From contig JAHHIM010000002.1 in NCBI GenBank assembly GCA_019358915.1, positions 32,001 through 96,000 of the forward strand: a stretch of 64,000 bases of DNA, given 5' to 3'. Below, piece by piece: positions 10,958-20,521 of the stretch (position 1 is the stretch's first letter; each line of letters starts with the position of its first letter). The notes under the pieces are model-generated. The model saw nothing but the letters and a program-made list of their open reading frames with translations, was not told where the DNA came from and ran no database searches. Both the position numbers and the translations under genes were made by a program. The stretch comes from Trichormus sp. ATA11-4-KO1 (GTDB lineage: Bacteria; Cyanobacteriota; Cyanobacteriia; Cyanobacteriales; Nostocaceae).

Positions 10958-11131
10958 ATGCCACTAGAGACAAATATCGAGAATGTGCAAGAACCAATTA
11001 CCAGTGCGCCACCAGAAGTGCGACAAATTATTGAGCGAGTATGGAAGTTGGAAAAAGGTAGGTTAGATAAGAAAATTAACAGCCACATTAATGAAGAAAT
11101 ATTAGACATTGTGAAGGAAGAGGTGCAATGA
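10958..11131 (+). CDS. 57-aa small helical protein coupled to the SMC-like ATPase (not in the ORF track)
   Basis: MPLETNIENVQEPITSAPPEVRQIIERVWKLEKGRLDKKINSHINEEILDIVKEEVQ*; its stop overlaps the next start (ATGA). Confidence 0.75.
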   Translation: MPLETNIENVQEPITSAPPEVRQIIERVWKLEKGRLDKKINSHINEEILDIVKEEVQ

Positions 11132-13200
11132 AACTAACTTCAATTAAGCTGTGCAATTTTCGCTCCTTTTATGGTATAACTCCAGAAATCATCCTGGCTG
11201 TGGGAGATGTTCACAACACCACAATTATTCATGGCAATAATGGTTCTGGTAAAACCAGTTTGTTGAATGCTTTTACTTGGGTATTATATGAAAAATTTAG
11301 TGCGGCTTTTGCCTCCACAGAACAGCTAGTTAATAAGCGGTCAATAGCCGAAGCGCAAAAAGGTCAAGCTGTGGAATGTTGGGTAGAAGTTGGCTGGGAA
11401 CATGAAGGTAAACGCTATCGTGTCAAACGTTCCTGTCGGGTTTACAAAAATGAAAGTGACTTTGAAGCCGGCAAAACTCAGTTAAGTATGTGGGTAGGTG
11501 AAGATGATGGCAAATGGTATTTACCACCACAACAACCAGACGATATCATTAATCAAATTTTACCTGCGAGTTTACATCAATATTTTTTCTTTGACGGTGA
11601 ACGGATTGAAGAAATAGTTCGTTCTGACAAAAAAGCTGAAATTGCTGAAGCAACTAAAATTTTCTTAGGTGTAGAAGTTATTAACCGTTCTATTAGACAC
11701 TTAGGAGAAGCTAAAAAAACTTTAGAAAATGAATTAAAAGCTATTGGTGATGCAGAAACAAAACAGCTACTAAGACAGCAAGAAAAAATAGAAAAAGAAA
11801 GCGATCGCATCACTAAGCGACAAGTAGAAATTAAACAAGAATTAGAATATCAGCAGACATTTAAAAAAGAGACAAGTAACCGCTTGTTAGAGCTTATGTC
11901 TGCCAAAGACCTGCAAGAAAGATGGCAGGATTTAGAATTACAGAAAGCAGAAAATCAGCAAGCATATAAGAAAAATAAAGAAGCACTGAAAAAAATAATT
12001 TCTGCACGGGGTTACACAGTGTTGCTTTCAGAGACTACATCTCAATTTCGGGAAATTATTGATACTTTAAAGCAGCAAGGTGAGTTAACATCGGGAATTT
12101 CGCGGGAATTTGTCAATGAATTATTGCAATCTCAGCGCTGTATTTGTGGTGCTGATTTAAGGACAGGAACTCCCAACCATGAGCATATACAAGCTTGGCT
12201 AAATAAAGCAGGTTCTTCGTTAGTAGAAGAAACAGCAATCCGTATGGGTGTCCAAGTAGATGAAATTGATAAACAAGCTACGATTTTTTGGGAAGAAGTT
12301 GATAGAGAACAAGAGAGAATTAATCAGTTAAGACAAACCATATCCCAGGTTGAGGGTGAATTAGATAGCCTTCAAGAAAAACTGCGAAAAGATGCCAATG
12401 AAGAAATTAGCAGTTTACAAAAACGCTTAGATGGAATTGAAAAGAAAATTGATGAATTGAATCGAGAACAAGGTGCAAATCAACAACAACTTGTTCATTT
12501 AAAAACAGATATTGATGCTTTAGGCAAACAAATTTCCAAGCAGAAACTGAATGAAGAAAAACAAATATTAGCACAGCGCCGCATCAATGCTACTCAAGAT
12601 GCCATTGAAAGGTTAACAGAAGTTCGGAATCGTCAAGAAACACAATTCCGTCTGCAATTAGAAAAGCGAGTACAAGAAATATTTAATGATATTTCGGTGA
12701 CTCCATATATTCCTAAAATTAGCGATAAATATGAATTAACATTGGTAGAACATACGGCTGGTATAGAAGCACCTGTTGCAGCTTCTACAGGAGAAAATCA
12801 AATTCTCAGTTTATCTTTTATTGCTAGCATCATTGATAAGGTGCGGGAATGGAGTGAAAAGCGCAAAATGATGATGCTTCCCGACAGCAGCACTTTCCCA
12901 ATAGTCATGGATTCACCGTTTGGGAGTTTGGATGAAATTTCTCGACGACACATAGCCGGGACAATTCCCAAATTAGCAAATCAGTTAATTGTGTTAGTAA
13001 CTAAAACTCAGTGGCGGGGTGAAGTGGAAGAGGAAATGGCAAACAGAATTGGTAGGGAATATGTACTTACCTATTACTCTTCTAAGTTAGATTGTGAACA
13101 AGATTATATTGAGTTGGGAGGGGAAAGATTTCCTTTGGTGCGGCAAAGTCCCAATGCGTTTGAGTATACCGAAATTATTGCAGTAGAACGACATATTTAA
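11128..13200 (+). CDS. SMC/Rad50-like ABC ATPase, DndD-related (CxC hook)
   Basis: Walker A GNNGSGKT, FFFDGE, long coiled coil with central CICG, signature ASTGE, Walker B/D-loop IVMDSPFGSLD. Confidence 0.85.
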   Translation: MKLTSIKLCNFRSFYGITPEIILAVGDVHNTTIIHGNNGSGKTSLLNAFTWVLYEKFSAAFASTEQLVNKRSIAEAQKGQAVECWVEVGWEHEGKRYRVKRSCRVYKNESDFEAGKTQLSMWVGEDDGKWYLPPQQPDDIINQILPASLHQYFFFDGERIEEIVRSDKKAEIAEATKIFLGVEVINRSIRHLGEAKKTLENELKAIGDAETKQLLRQQEKIEKESDRITKRQVEIKQELEYQQTFKKETSNRLLELMSAKDLQERWQDLELQKAENQQAYKKNKEALKKIISARGYTVLLSETTSQFREIIDTLKQQGELTSGISREFVNELLQSQRCICGADLRTGTPNHEHIQAWLNKAGSSLVEETAIRMGVQVDEIDKQATIFWEEVDREQERINQLRQTISQVEGELDSLQEKLRKDANEEISSLQKRLDGIEKKIDELNREQGANQQQLVHLKTDIDALGKQISKQKLNEEKQILAQRRINATQDAIERLTEVRNRQETQFRLQLEKRVQEIFNDISVTPYIPKISDKYELTLVEHTAGIEAPVAASTGENQILSLSFIASIIDKVREWSEKRKMMMLPDSSTFPIVMDSPFGSLDEISRRHIAGTIPKLANQLIVLVTKTQWRGEVEEEMANRIGREYVLTYYSSKLDCEQDYIELGGERFPLVRQSPNAFEYTEIIAVERHI

Positions 13201-13720
13201 TAAATGGCGTTGCTATGTGACAATACCTTAGCCAATTTACGAGGGTGAGATGATGATGCTTTAACCATTAACTCCCATTTCTCGCTCGGCTTGGCAACAA
13301 CAATCAGCCATAAAAATTCCTTTAAGGTTTCCCACAAGGGTTTTTTAACGTATTGACAGCAGGATAAGGGTTTGGGATGACAAACTACCTTTTTATCGAA
13401 ACGCTTATGTATGCTTATTTTTGCCAGTTTTGCCAAAAATTATCAAGGCTCTTATTTTGGCTAAGGTATTGTATGTGAAAGTATGAATTAGTTCAAAGGG
13501 TGACAATAGTTGCAAAACCAAGCTAGATAAAGGTTTGGACGATACAGATCCCTGGAATAAACAGACTGAAATTGAATGCTGATTGAGAATGAACTGTCAC
13601 ATCGTGATTTCTGGATAGGTTTGTATGGTTTCAATTGGATAGTAACTTGGAATGAGTGTCAAGCATGGGTCAAGTTCCTTGACAGTTCCATTTGCAATAC
13701 TTACGTATTGATTGGTGGGG

Positions 13721-13771
13721 TTGACAGACAAATACTATTAAAGTTATATTAATTTCAGAATGACTGTTCTG
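13721..13771 (+). promoter_or_regulatory. Sigma70 promoter and TetR operator
   Basis: TTGACA-18-TATATT followed by the palindrome CAGAA-N6-TTCTG (13756-13771). Confidence 0.65.
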
Positions 13772-13779
13772 GTTTAGCA

Positions 13780-14373
13780 ATGCCTCGACATAAGGAATTC
13801 GATCCTGAAACTTGCCTCGACCAAGTTATGCGCTTGTTCTGGCAAAAGGGGTACCAAGATACCTCAATGGCTGATTTAGTGGAGCATTCAGGTGTGCAAC
13901 GCTATGGCCTGTATGAAACTTTTGGTGGCAAACAAGAACTGTTTCAGCGTGCGCTGGACTGGTATCTAAGTACTGTTATCGCTCAACGTTTAGCAATGCT
14001 TGAGAGAAACAAGCCTGAACCTTCCTTGATGGAGATTAAGCAATTCTTTGAGCAATTCATCGAACATCTTGATCATCCTTCTAGTTCGTTGGGCTGCCTA
14101 ATCTGCAATACGGCTGTTGAAGTTCCATCACACGACAAAACAGTTGTATCTAAGGTTCAGCAGTACTTTGAGCGGCTTCGCCGGAGTTTTGCGCGAGCGC
14201 TAAACAGAGCTAAGCAGAACGGCGAAATAGCCGAGAATACTGATATTCCGCAGGTTACTGAGTTTTTAGTCGGAAGTGTACTTGGTCTGACAGCCTATGC
14301 GCGATCGCCTGCTCCCAGGAAGGATGTGCAAACTTACGTCAGAGGCATTCTCGCAATGTTAGAGCATCTTTAA
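13780..14373 (+). CDS. TetR/AcrR family regulator (NemR/ComR-like)
   Basis: N-terminal HTH (FWQKGYQDTSMADL…LYETFGGKQELF); GCLICN motif. Confidence 0.92.
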   Translation: MPRHKEFDPETCLDQVMRLFWQKGYQDTSMADLVEHSGVQRYGLYETFGGKQELFQRALDWYLSTVIAQRLAMLERNKPEPSLMEIKQFFEQFIEHLDHPSSSLGCLICNTAVEVPSHDKTVVSKVQQYFERLRRSFARALNRAKQNGEIAENTDIPQVTEFLVGSVLGLTAYARSPAPRKDVQTYVRGILAMLEHL

Positions 14374-14389
14374 TTTTTTTGCTTTATTC

Positions 14390-14405
14390 CAGAATAGTTG
14401 TTCTG
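14390..14405. promoter_or_regulatory. Second copy of the putative TetR operator
   Basis: CAGAATAGTTGTTCTG has the same CAGAA-N6-TTCTG arms as 13756-13771. Confidence 0.6.
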
Positions 14406-14448
14406 ATATTTTCCCAATCAATACTAAACTAACCACAGGAACCAAATA

Positions 14449-14877
14449 ATGAGACAAACTGTAATCGCCGAACAAGAAATCTCAGGTCAAGCCGATGCGA
14501 TATGGGACACGATCAGTGCAGGTGGAAATGTGCATAAATGGTTTTCCACTATCATTCAAAGTTGCCAATTGGAAGGAACAGGTGAAGGAGCTTCGCGATT
14601 GTGCACCATGATCGATGGAAACGAACTCAAAGAACGGATTGTTGAAGTTAATCACGCTGTACGTCGGTTTCGTTATGCAATTGATCAACATCCACTTCCC
14701 GCAAAAGATGTTATTGCTTTCATTGAAGTCAAAAACGCTGGTAATGGACGTGCTTTCATTTCCTGGGGCGCTGAATTTGAAGCCAGTGAAGAGACTATTC
14801 CTCAAATCAAAGAGACCCTTCATGGACTTTATATGCAAGGCATCCAGAGCTTAGAAAATTATCACAAGACAATTTAA
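14449..14877 (+). CDS. SRPBCC/polyketide cyclase 2 (MxaD-like) protein
   Basis: W-x-I…HKW…GxGAxR…LKERI pattern; 142 aa; AGGA RBS. Confidence 0.8.
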   Translation: MRQTVIAEQEISGQADAIWDTISAGGNVHKWFSTIIQSCQLEGTGEGASRLCTMIDGNELKERIVEVNHAVRRFRYAIDQHPLPAKDVIAFIEVKNAGNGRAFISWGAEFEASEETIPQIKETLHGLYMQGIQSLENYHKTI

Positions 14878-14998
14878 CAGTTATCAGTTCATTAGTAAAA
14901 CACCATACCAATTGCTGGAAGGGGTTAGTGGCAAGTTTAAATCCTTCAGCATACGCCTGTTTACTGTTCACTGTGCCATCTTCACAGGAGAAATAGTC

Positions 14999-15250
14999 AT
15001 GTCTGTGCTCAAAGCCTTGACAACGCGAAATGTCGGAAAAATTGATCGCGTCATTCGTAGCTTTCCTACTTTAATTGTTGCCTATTTGTACTTCATGGGC
15101 ATGATTTCGGGTTGGCTCAGCATTATTTTAGGTATTTTAGCTTTAATGCTGTTGTTAACAAGTATTCTAGGTTCATGCTCTATCTATTATTTTCTGGGAT
15201 ATTCAACCTGTCCCATAAAAAAATCAAGAAGAAACATTGAGCAGAACTGA
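14999..15250 (+). CDS. DUF2892 (YgaP-like) small membrane protein
   Basis: NVGKIDRVIR…two TM helices…GSCSIYYFLGYSTCP; AGGAG RBS before ATG 14999. Confidence 0.85.
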   Translation: MSVLKALTTRNVGKIDRVIRSFPTLIVAYLYFMGMISGWLSIILGILALMLLLTSILGSCSIYYFLGYSTCPIKKSRRNIEQN

Positions 15251-15300
15251 AAGCGCGCGATCGCAGGTTGACACAGCAGAAATATTCGGTGGTGTCACAG

Positions 15301-15406
15301 TAGACATCTCCAGAAATTAAATATGCGTTATCCAGAAACCTTGTAGAGACGTAGCAGTGCTACATCTCTACATTCTTTTTCCAAGACGTCTAGTGATAGA
15401 TGTCTA
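15301..15406. repeat. Nostocalean small dispersed repeat/MITE-like element
   Basis: Ends TAGACATCT…AGATGTCTA; internal hairpin GTAGAGACGTAGCAGTGCTACATCTCTAC. Confidence 0.7.
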
Positions 15407-15533
15407 GTGATATTTGTCGCTGCTAACCTTAGCCGTTATGGCGCAAGTCTTCGGTGCGGACAGTGCTTTAAGATGGTTGTTGTGGTAGCCAAAGCTGGAA
15501 TTTACTTCAACCCCCAAGTTTGCAGTATAAGTT

Positions 15534-16280
15534 ATGCAAGATCGCAAAAAATTGATAATTTTCCTACAAGAGTCACTAGAGAATAAAGCCACACGAAAAA
15601 CAAAGATGTGGTGGGAAAAGTACATGAAGGGAGTTATTCCGTTTAGAGGGGTGGGAATTCCTGAAATCCGCGATCTCATGACAACATGGCTCAATGAATA
15701 TGGCATCAAAGACTTGTCCAAGGAAGATCAGCTAGAGCTGGCTTTAGCATTTTTTCAAGAACCGATCGCAGAGGACAAATTGGCTGGCATACTTTATCTC
15801 CAGTACTACTTATACGATCAATTTGCTTGGGAAGTTTTACTAAAGAAATATGAAGCTCTGTATACAAATAATTTGATATTTGATTGGAATACTTGTGATT
15901 GGTTCTGTGTACGAGTGCTGAGTCCAACAGTTGCCAAGCATGGTGTAGGATGTGCCGAAGTAATTTCATCATGGAGAAATTCTGAGAATCTTTGGCAAGC
16001 AAGGTCTTCAGTTGTTGCTTTCGTTAAGGTTACATCGAATGAAAGCTACTACTTATGTATACAAGAGTCTTGTCATACTTTGATCCAGAGACAGGAAAGA
16101 TTTGCTAAGACATCTGTTGGCTGGGTCTTGCGAGATATTTCTCAGCATAACGAGGGCTTTGTCAAATCCTTTATTGAGAGTCACATTCAATGGTTCTCTA
16201 TTGAGAGTCTCAGGAATGCTGTAAAGTATTTGGATAAAGAGGAGCAACAGAAGTATATAAAGTTGCTCAAAGCGGCATAA
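15534..16280 (+). CDS. DNA alkylation repair protein (AlkD-like HEAT-repeat glycosylase family)
   Basis: YMKGVIPFRGVGIP, DWNTCD, NLWQAR and KTSVGWVLRD motifs. Confidence 0.8.
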   Translation: MQDRKKLIIFLQESLENKATRKTKMWWEKYMKGVIPFRGVGIPEIRDLMTTWLNEYGIKDLSKEDQLELALAFFQEPIAEDKLAGILYLQYYLYDQFAWEVLLKKYEALYTNNLIFDWNTCDWFCVRVLSPTVAKHGVGCAEVISSWRNSENLWQARSSVVAFVKVTSNESYYLCIQESCHTLIQRQERFAKTSVGWVLRDISQHNEGFVKSFIESHIQWFSIESLRNAVKYLDKEEQQKYIKLLKAA

Positions 16281-16405
16281 CAGCAAAGTTACCAATTTTA
16301 AACATCTTTGGCAAAACTAAACATACATTGTTTTTTGATGGTGACTTATGGACGATACCAGAAATGAGACAATCAAAAAAACTCAAAAATTTTGAGAAGT
16401 AAAAA

Positions 16406-16565
16406 ATGTCTTTAATATCAGAAGCAAAAATTAAAAATATAGATCACCTAGGAATAGTAGCTGGGCTAATTGATGAAATAGGAATATGAGTCTTAATCAT
16501 CCTGATTTTTTGCTATTCTCTTGATGTAATCTCTTTGTACTTCAATTTGAAGTGCGGAATGTGGG
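16406..16565 (+). mobile_element. Internally deleted IS1634-family remnant
   Basis: First 27 codons MSLISEAKIKNIDHLGIVAGLIDEIGI* resemble the IS1634/DUF4277 transposase N-terminus; end-like sequence TGCGGAATGTGGG follows ~65 nt later. Confidence 0.7.
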
Positions 16566-16694
16566 TTAATAGAAACCAACTGTGGAAGCTTTACAGCCAA
16601 TAGCAGTGCTGACAGTACGTGATAGTGATACTACGAGAGAATAGGCTTTCTAAACTTTACGTCTTACGTCAGGGAGATATTTGGCTGTAATGTA

Positions 16695-16767
<73 letters not shown>

Positions 16768-16842
16768 TGGGGCTGTTTGTTAGCCACGATTAATTAATGT
16801 AGCAAACATATATTAATTTAGCAAGGACTTGAGGAAAAAAAT

Positions 16843-17712
16843 TTATGCTGGTTTCAATTTCAACTTGACCCAGATGAAAACGGCAACAAAGAACAAAAAC
16901 TGGACAAGAACAATACTAGGCCCTGATGCCAGATTGAAAAGACCAGAAACGATGATGCCAGACATACTTGTAGTGGCACCAACTATCAATGACACGAACA
17001 GAAAACGGTTAAAGTGATGACTCATCAGTTTGGCTGTGGAGGCGGGAATCACCAAAAAGGCATTTACCAGTAAAACACCGACAGCTTTAATTGCCACGGC
17101 AACAGCTAGTGAAAGCAAAATCACAAACCCATACCGATACAATTGAACTGGAATACCTTGTACTTGCGCTACATCGGGGTTAAGCGTCAATAAAATTTGC
17201 TGTCGCAGGGTTGATAGTAAAAATATGCTACTTCCTACCAATACAACCAGCGTCAACATCAAATCTGTTGCGTCGATCGCTAAAATATCACCGAACAGCA
17301 CTCTCATCAAGTTGCCGCGATAACCCTGAACTAAGCTAGTAAGTATCACACCAAGGGCTAATGCTCCCGATAGCACTATACTCAGAACGCTATCGCTAGC
17401 TAAATCGGTTTTGTCAATAAAGTACAGGACAATCACACCGAAAACTAAGGTAAAAGGCAACAGCATCCAAGTTGGATTTAACTGTAGTAACACACCTAAA
17501 ACTACGCCTACTAATGCTGCATGACCAACAGCATGACTAAAAAAAGATAGCTGGCGCAAGGTAACAAAACTACCAAGTAAACCCCCAAGTATTCCCATTA
17601 ACACAGCGCCTGCGATCGCTCTTTGCATGAAGGGAAATTGTAACAAATTCACTAAGTCCATACTAGTAGTGATAACTAGCCAATTTATCTGACAACTAAA
17701 GCACAAAGACAT
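16843..17712 (-). CDS. znuB: Zn/Mn ABC transporter permease
   Basis: SHAVGHAAL, LFGDIL and VGVLLVNAFLVIPA motifs; clustered with the ATPase and binding protein. Confidence 0.88.
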   Translation of the reverse strand: MSLCFSCQINWLVITTSMDLVNLLQFPFMQRAIAGAVLMGILGGLLGSFVTLRQLSFFSHAVGHAALVGVVLGVLLQLNPTWMLLPFTLVFGVIVLYFIDKTDLASDSVLSIVLSGALALGVILTSLVQGYRGNLMRVLFGDILAIDATDLMLTLVVLVGSSIFLLSTLRQQILLTLNPDVAQVQGIPVQLYRYGFVILLSLAVAVAIKAVGVLLVNAFLVIPASTAKLMSHHFNRFLFVSLIVGATTSMSGIIVSGLFNLASGPSIVLVQFLFFVAVFIWVKLKLKPA

Positions 17713-17898
17713 AAGTTCAATTTACACACGAAACCAAGTAATTGTAATATATTTTTTTAGCTTGATTATATTAATAATAGGCAAAGTTTTAGAAATGTAA
17801 ATTTAAAAGCCAGTAATTTTTACTGTAATTAAATTTGATTATCAAAACACATACTGATTGAGTATAATTTAAGATAGATAACTATAAATAACGATATT

Positions 17899-18210
17899 GT
17901 GCAACACCTAGCAGATCAAGTTCTCAGCAGCGAAAAAGCTCAACGCATGGCAGAATTTTTTAGTTTCTTAGGAGATGCTAATCGCTTACGAATTCTTTCT
18001 TTTTTGGCTAAGAAAGAACTATGTGTTAGTGATTTAGCAGCATTACTAGATATGAGTGAATCTGCTGTTTCTCATCAGCTACGCAACTTAAGAGTAATGC
18101 GCTTGGTTGGCTATCGTAAGCAAGGTCGTAATGTGTTCTATCACCTCCACGATAATCATATCTTCCATCTTTATCAGGCTGTGGCTGAACATTTAGATGA
18201 ACCTGAATAA
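17899..18210 (+). CDS. smtB: ArsR/SmtB family metal-sensing repressor
   Basis: [15 protein letters not shown]; alpha5 site DNH…EHLDE. Confidence 0.85.
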   Translation: MQHLADQVLSSEKAQRMAEFFSFLGDANRLRILSFLAKKELCVSDLAALLDMSESAVSHQLRNLRVMRLVGYRKQGRNVFYHLHDNHIFHLYQAVAEHLDEPE

Positions 18211-18352
18211 GCAAGTCGCCACGTCAAAAGTAAAAGCAATATTTATTTACTTTTGACTTTTAAGTTATCTCAAATAGAGATAGATAAAATCGTTGGCAAT
18301 TACTGGAACAATCTTTTAGTCAAGAGTTTTCATCTCAAATCCCAACTTGCTA

Positions 18353-19123
18353 TTAGTGACGATGTCGATAGGGACTAAAACCAAGGCCGTAGGTTGCTAA
18401 GAGGTTTTGGGGGGAAAGCGCAATTTCTGGCTGACCAGTACAAACAACGGTTTGATTGAGGCAAAGCACGCGATCGCATTGGCGACTCACCATATCAATA
18501 TCATGAGAAACCTGTAACACTGTCCAACCCTCCTCCCGTTTTAACTCGTGGAGTAAAGCATAAAAATCTGCTGTACCTTGCACATCAACCCCAGCAAAAG
18601 CTTCATCTAATATCAACAATCTCCGAGGAATTACTAAACAATAAGCTAGTAATACCCGCTTCAATTGACCGCCGCTAAGAGTACCAATAGCTTGATGTCG
18701 CAGATGATAAGCATCAGTTCGCCGTAAAGCTTCCGCTATTGCTACTAATTTTTTCGGATCTCGTTTCCATAACTTGCTAAAAAACGAATTCTGCTTTTTA
18801 CTTTCATTTGCCCATCCCAGTCCTACCAATTCACCTACAGAAATCGGAAAACTGCGGTCAAAAATGAAATTTTGGGGCATATAGCCCAAGCGGTAACGCA
18901 ATTTCCCTAGCTTGGTAATTGGGAGACCAAATATTTCAATAGTGCCAGCACTGCGGGGAATCAAATCTAAAATCGCTTTTACCAAAGTACTCTTACCCGC
19001 ACCATTGGGGCCAACTATGGCTGTATCTGTTCCTGGCAACAATTCAAAAGAAATATCTCGAACAGCTAAATAACTGCCTTGATATACATTTAATCCCTCT
19101 ACTTTTAAAATGGGCGATGTCAT
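18353..19123 (-). CDS. znuC: Zn/Mn ABC transporter ATPase
   Basis: GPNGAGKST, LSGGQ, ILDE, VSHD and a His-rich C-terminus. Confidence 0.88.
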   Translation of the reverse strand: MTSPILKVEGLNVYQGSYLAVRDISFELLPGTDTAIVGPNGAGKSTLVKAILDLIPRSAGTIEIFGLPITKLGKLRYRLGYMPQNFIFDRSFPISVGELVGLGWANESKKQNSFFSKLWKRDPKKLVAIAEALRRTDAYHLRHQAIGTLSGGQLKRVLLAYCLVIPRRLLILDEAFAGVDVQGTADFYALLHELKREEGWTVLQVSHDIDMVSRQCDRVLCLNQTVVCTGQPEIALSPQNLLATYGLGFSPYRHRH

Positions 19124-19214
19124 TAGTCCTGGATTATTAGTAATTTGTAATTAGTAATCGGTCATAACCTGAGAACAAACGATCAAGAAGATATCGCTGC
19201 CTTTAACATCTAAA

Positions 19215-20237
19215 CTAATTACATCCAGTCTCCAGGGTTTGCAAGTTAGCTTTCATCGCCTGGAAGTAATACTGTGGATTTGTCTCACCAGTTTCTAAAG
19301 AATTCAAAGTCCGCACAGTTACATTCAAGTCTTGGGAAAGACTGGTTAATAATTTATCATCCACCCCTGGTTCGCTAAACAACGCTTTAACGTTGTACTT
19401 TTTCACGGCATTGATTGCTTTTTGCACATCTGCTGGCGACAGTTGATCTTCAGGAATTTGCACCACAGCAACTTGTTTCAGATTGTAGCGCTGAGCTAAA
19501 TATGGAAAAGCATCATGAAAGGTAATAAAGGTACAGTTAGGAGTTTTCTGTAAAGTTTGCTGAAATTCGTTATTTAAACTTTCTAATTCCTGAATAAAAG
19601 TCGCAGCATTTGCTTCATACGTAGCTTTATTAGCAGGATCAGCAGCAATTAATCCGTCCCGAATATTTGTGACCTGCTGTTTTGCCAAAACTGGATCTAA
19701 CCAAACGTGAGGATTTCCGTCTGCATGATCATGGCTATGACCGTGGCTATGGCCTTTTGCTGCTATTTTATCAACAGGTGAAATTTCATTTAATGGTTTA
19801 ATACCTTCACTGGCATCAATTTCAGTTAATTTGGGATTCTGGGCATTTTTTACAGTGTTTTCTAAAAATTCTTCCAACCCCAGACCATTTTTCACCAAGA
19901 CACTTGCTGTGGCGATCGCTTTTACATTCTCTGGTGTCGCTTGGTAATCATGTACTTCCGTACTCGGTGGCACTAAAATTGATACATCTGCCGCATCACC
20001 AGCTACAGCTTTGGTAAATAAATACGTTGGCAAAATCGTCGCCACCACTTTAGTTTTTTCTTGAGAGGCTGGACTCGAAGCCGCCTCTTGTGCTTGGGGT
20101 GACTGTTCACCAGTTCTTGCCAAATTTGTGTTGGATTGGTTACAGCCAACAGCTACCGCCAATGTAAACAAAGTCACGACAAACAACACGTTCTTTCTTT
20201 GTCTGCTTGATCTAAGTCCTAAAAGATTCCCAATCAC
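19215..20237 (-). CDS. znuA: Zn ABC transporter substrate-binding lipoprotein
   Basis: Lipobox VAVGC, EVHDY, His-rich loop GHSHGHSHDHAD, NPHVWLDP, FHDAF. Confidence 0.9.
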   Translation of the reverse strand: MIGNLLGLRSSRQRKNVLFVVTLFTLAVAVGCNQSNTNLARTGEQSPQAQEAASSPASQEKTKVVATILPTYLFTKAVAGDAADVSILVPPSTEVHDYQATPENVKAIATASVLVKNGLGLEEFLENTVKNAQNPKLTEIDASEGIKPLNEISPVDKIAAKGHSHGHSHDHADGNPHVWLDPVLAKQQVTNIRDGLIAADPANKATYEANAATFIQELESLNNEFQQTLQKTPNCTFITFHDAFPYLAQRYNLKQVAVVQIPEDQLSPADVQKAINAVKKYNVKALFSEPGVDDKLLTSLSQDLNVTVRTLNSLETGETNPQYYFQAMKANLQTLETGCN

Positions 20238-20521
20238 AGTTTTTCTCCTCTAACCCTAATACTTGCTCTGCCTTGGTCAAAATTTTTATTGACGATGACA
20301 GTAGCTTTATATTGTAGAATAAGTCTCATTCTCACACAATACTGTAAAAATAGCTTTTTGTATAAAAAACAACTTACTTATCACTTAGCCTATGAATAAT
20401 AATTGCTTAACTTTTAGTGTTAAAAAAATTGCGCGCTACTGTTAATATCTTTTTTAAGAAAATGTGTTCTCAAAAAACTCGGTGTGAGTGTAGCTATCCA
20501 TAAATTAAGTGTGAGGAAAAA

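Noticed and set aside
13201..13720. Tn7/CAST transposon end (scattered TGACA motifs)
   Set aside because: No terminal TGT(ACA), no regularly spaced TnsB sites, and no tns genes
17760..20475. Zur boxes for znuB, znuA and the porin
   Set aside because: Best candidates (e.g. TGATTATATTAATAA, TAAATTTGATTATCA, TGAGAATGAGACTTA) match only 9-10/14 positions in very AT-rich DNA; not supportable by eye
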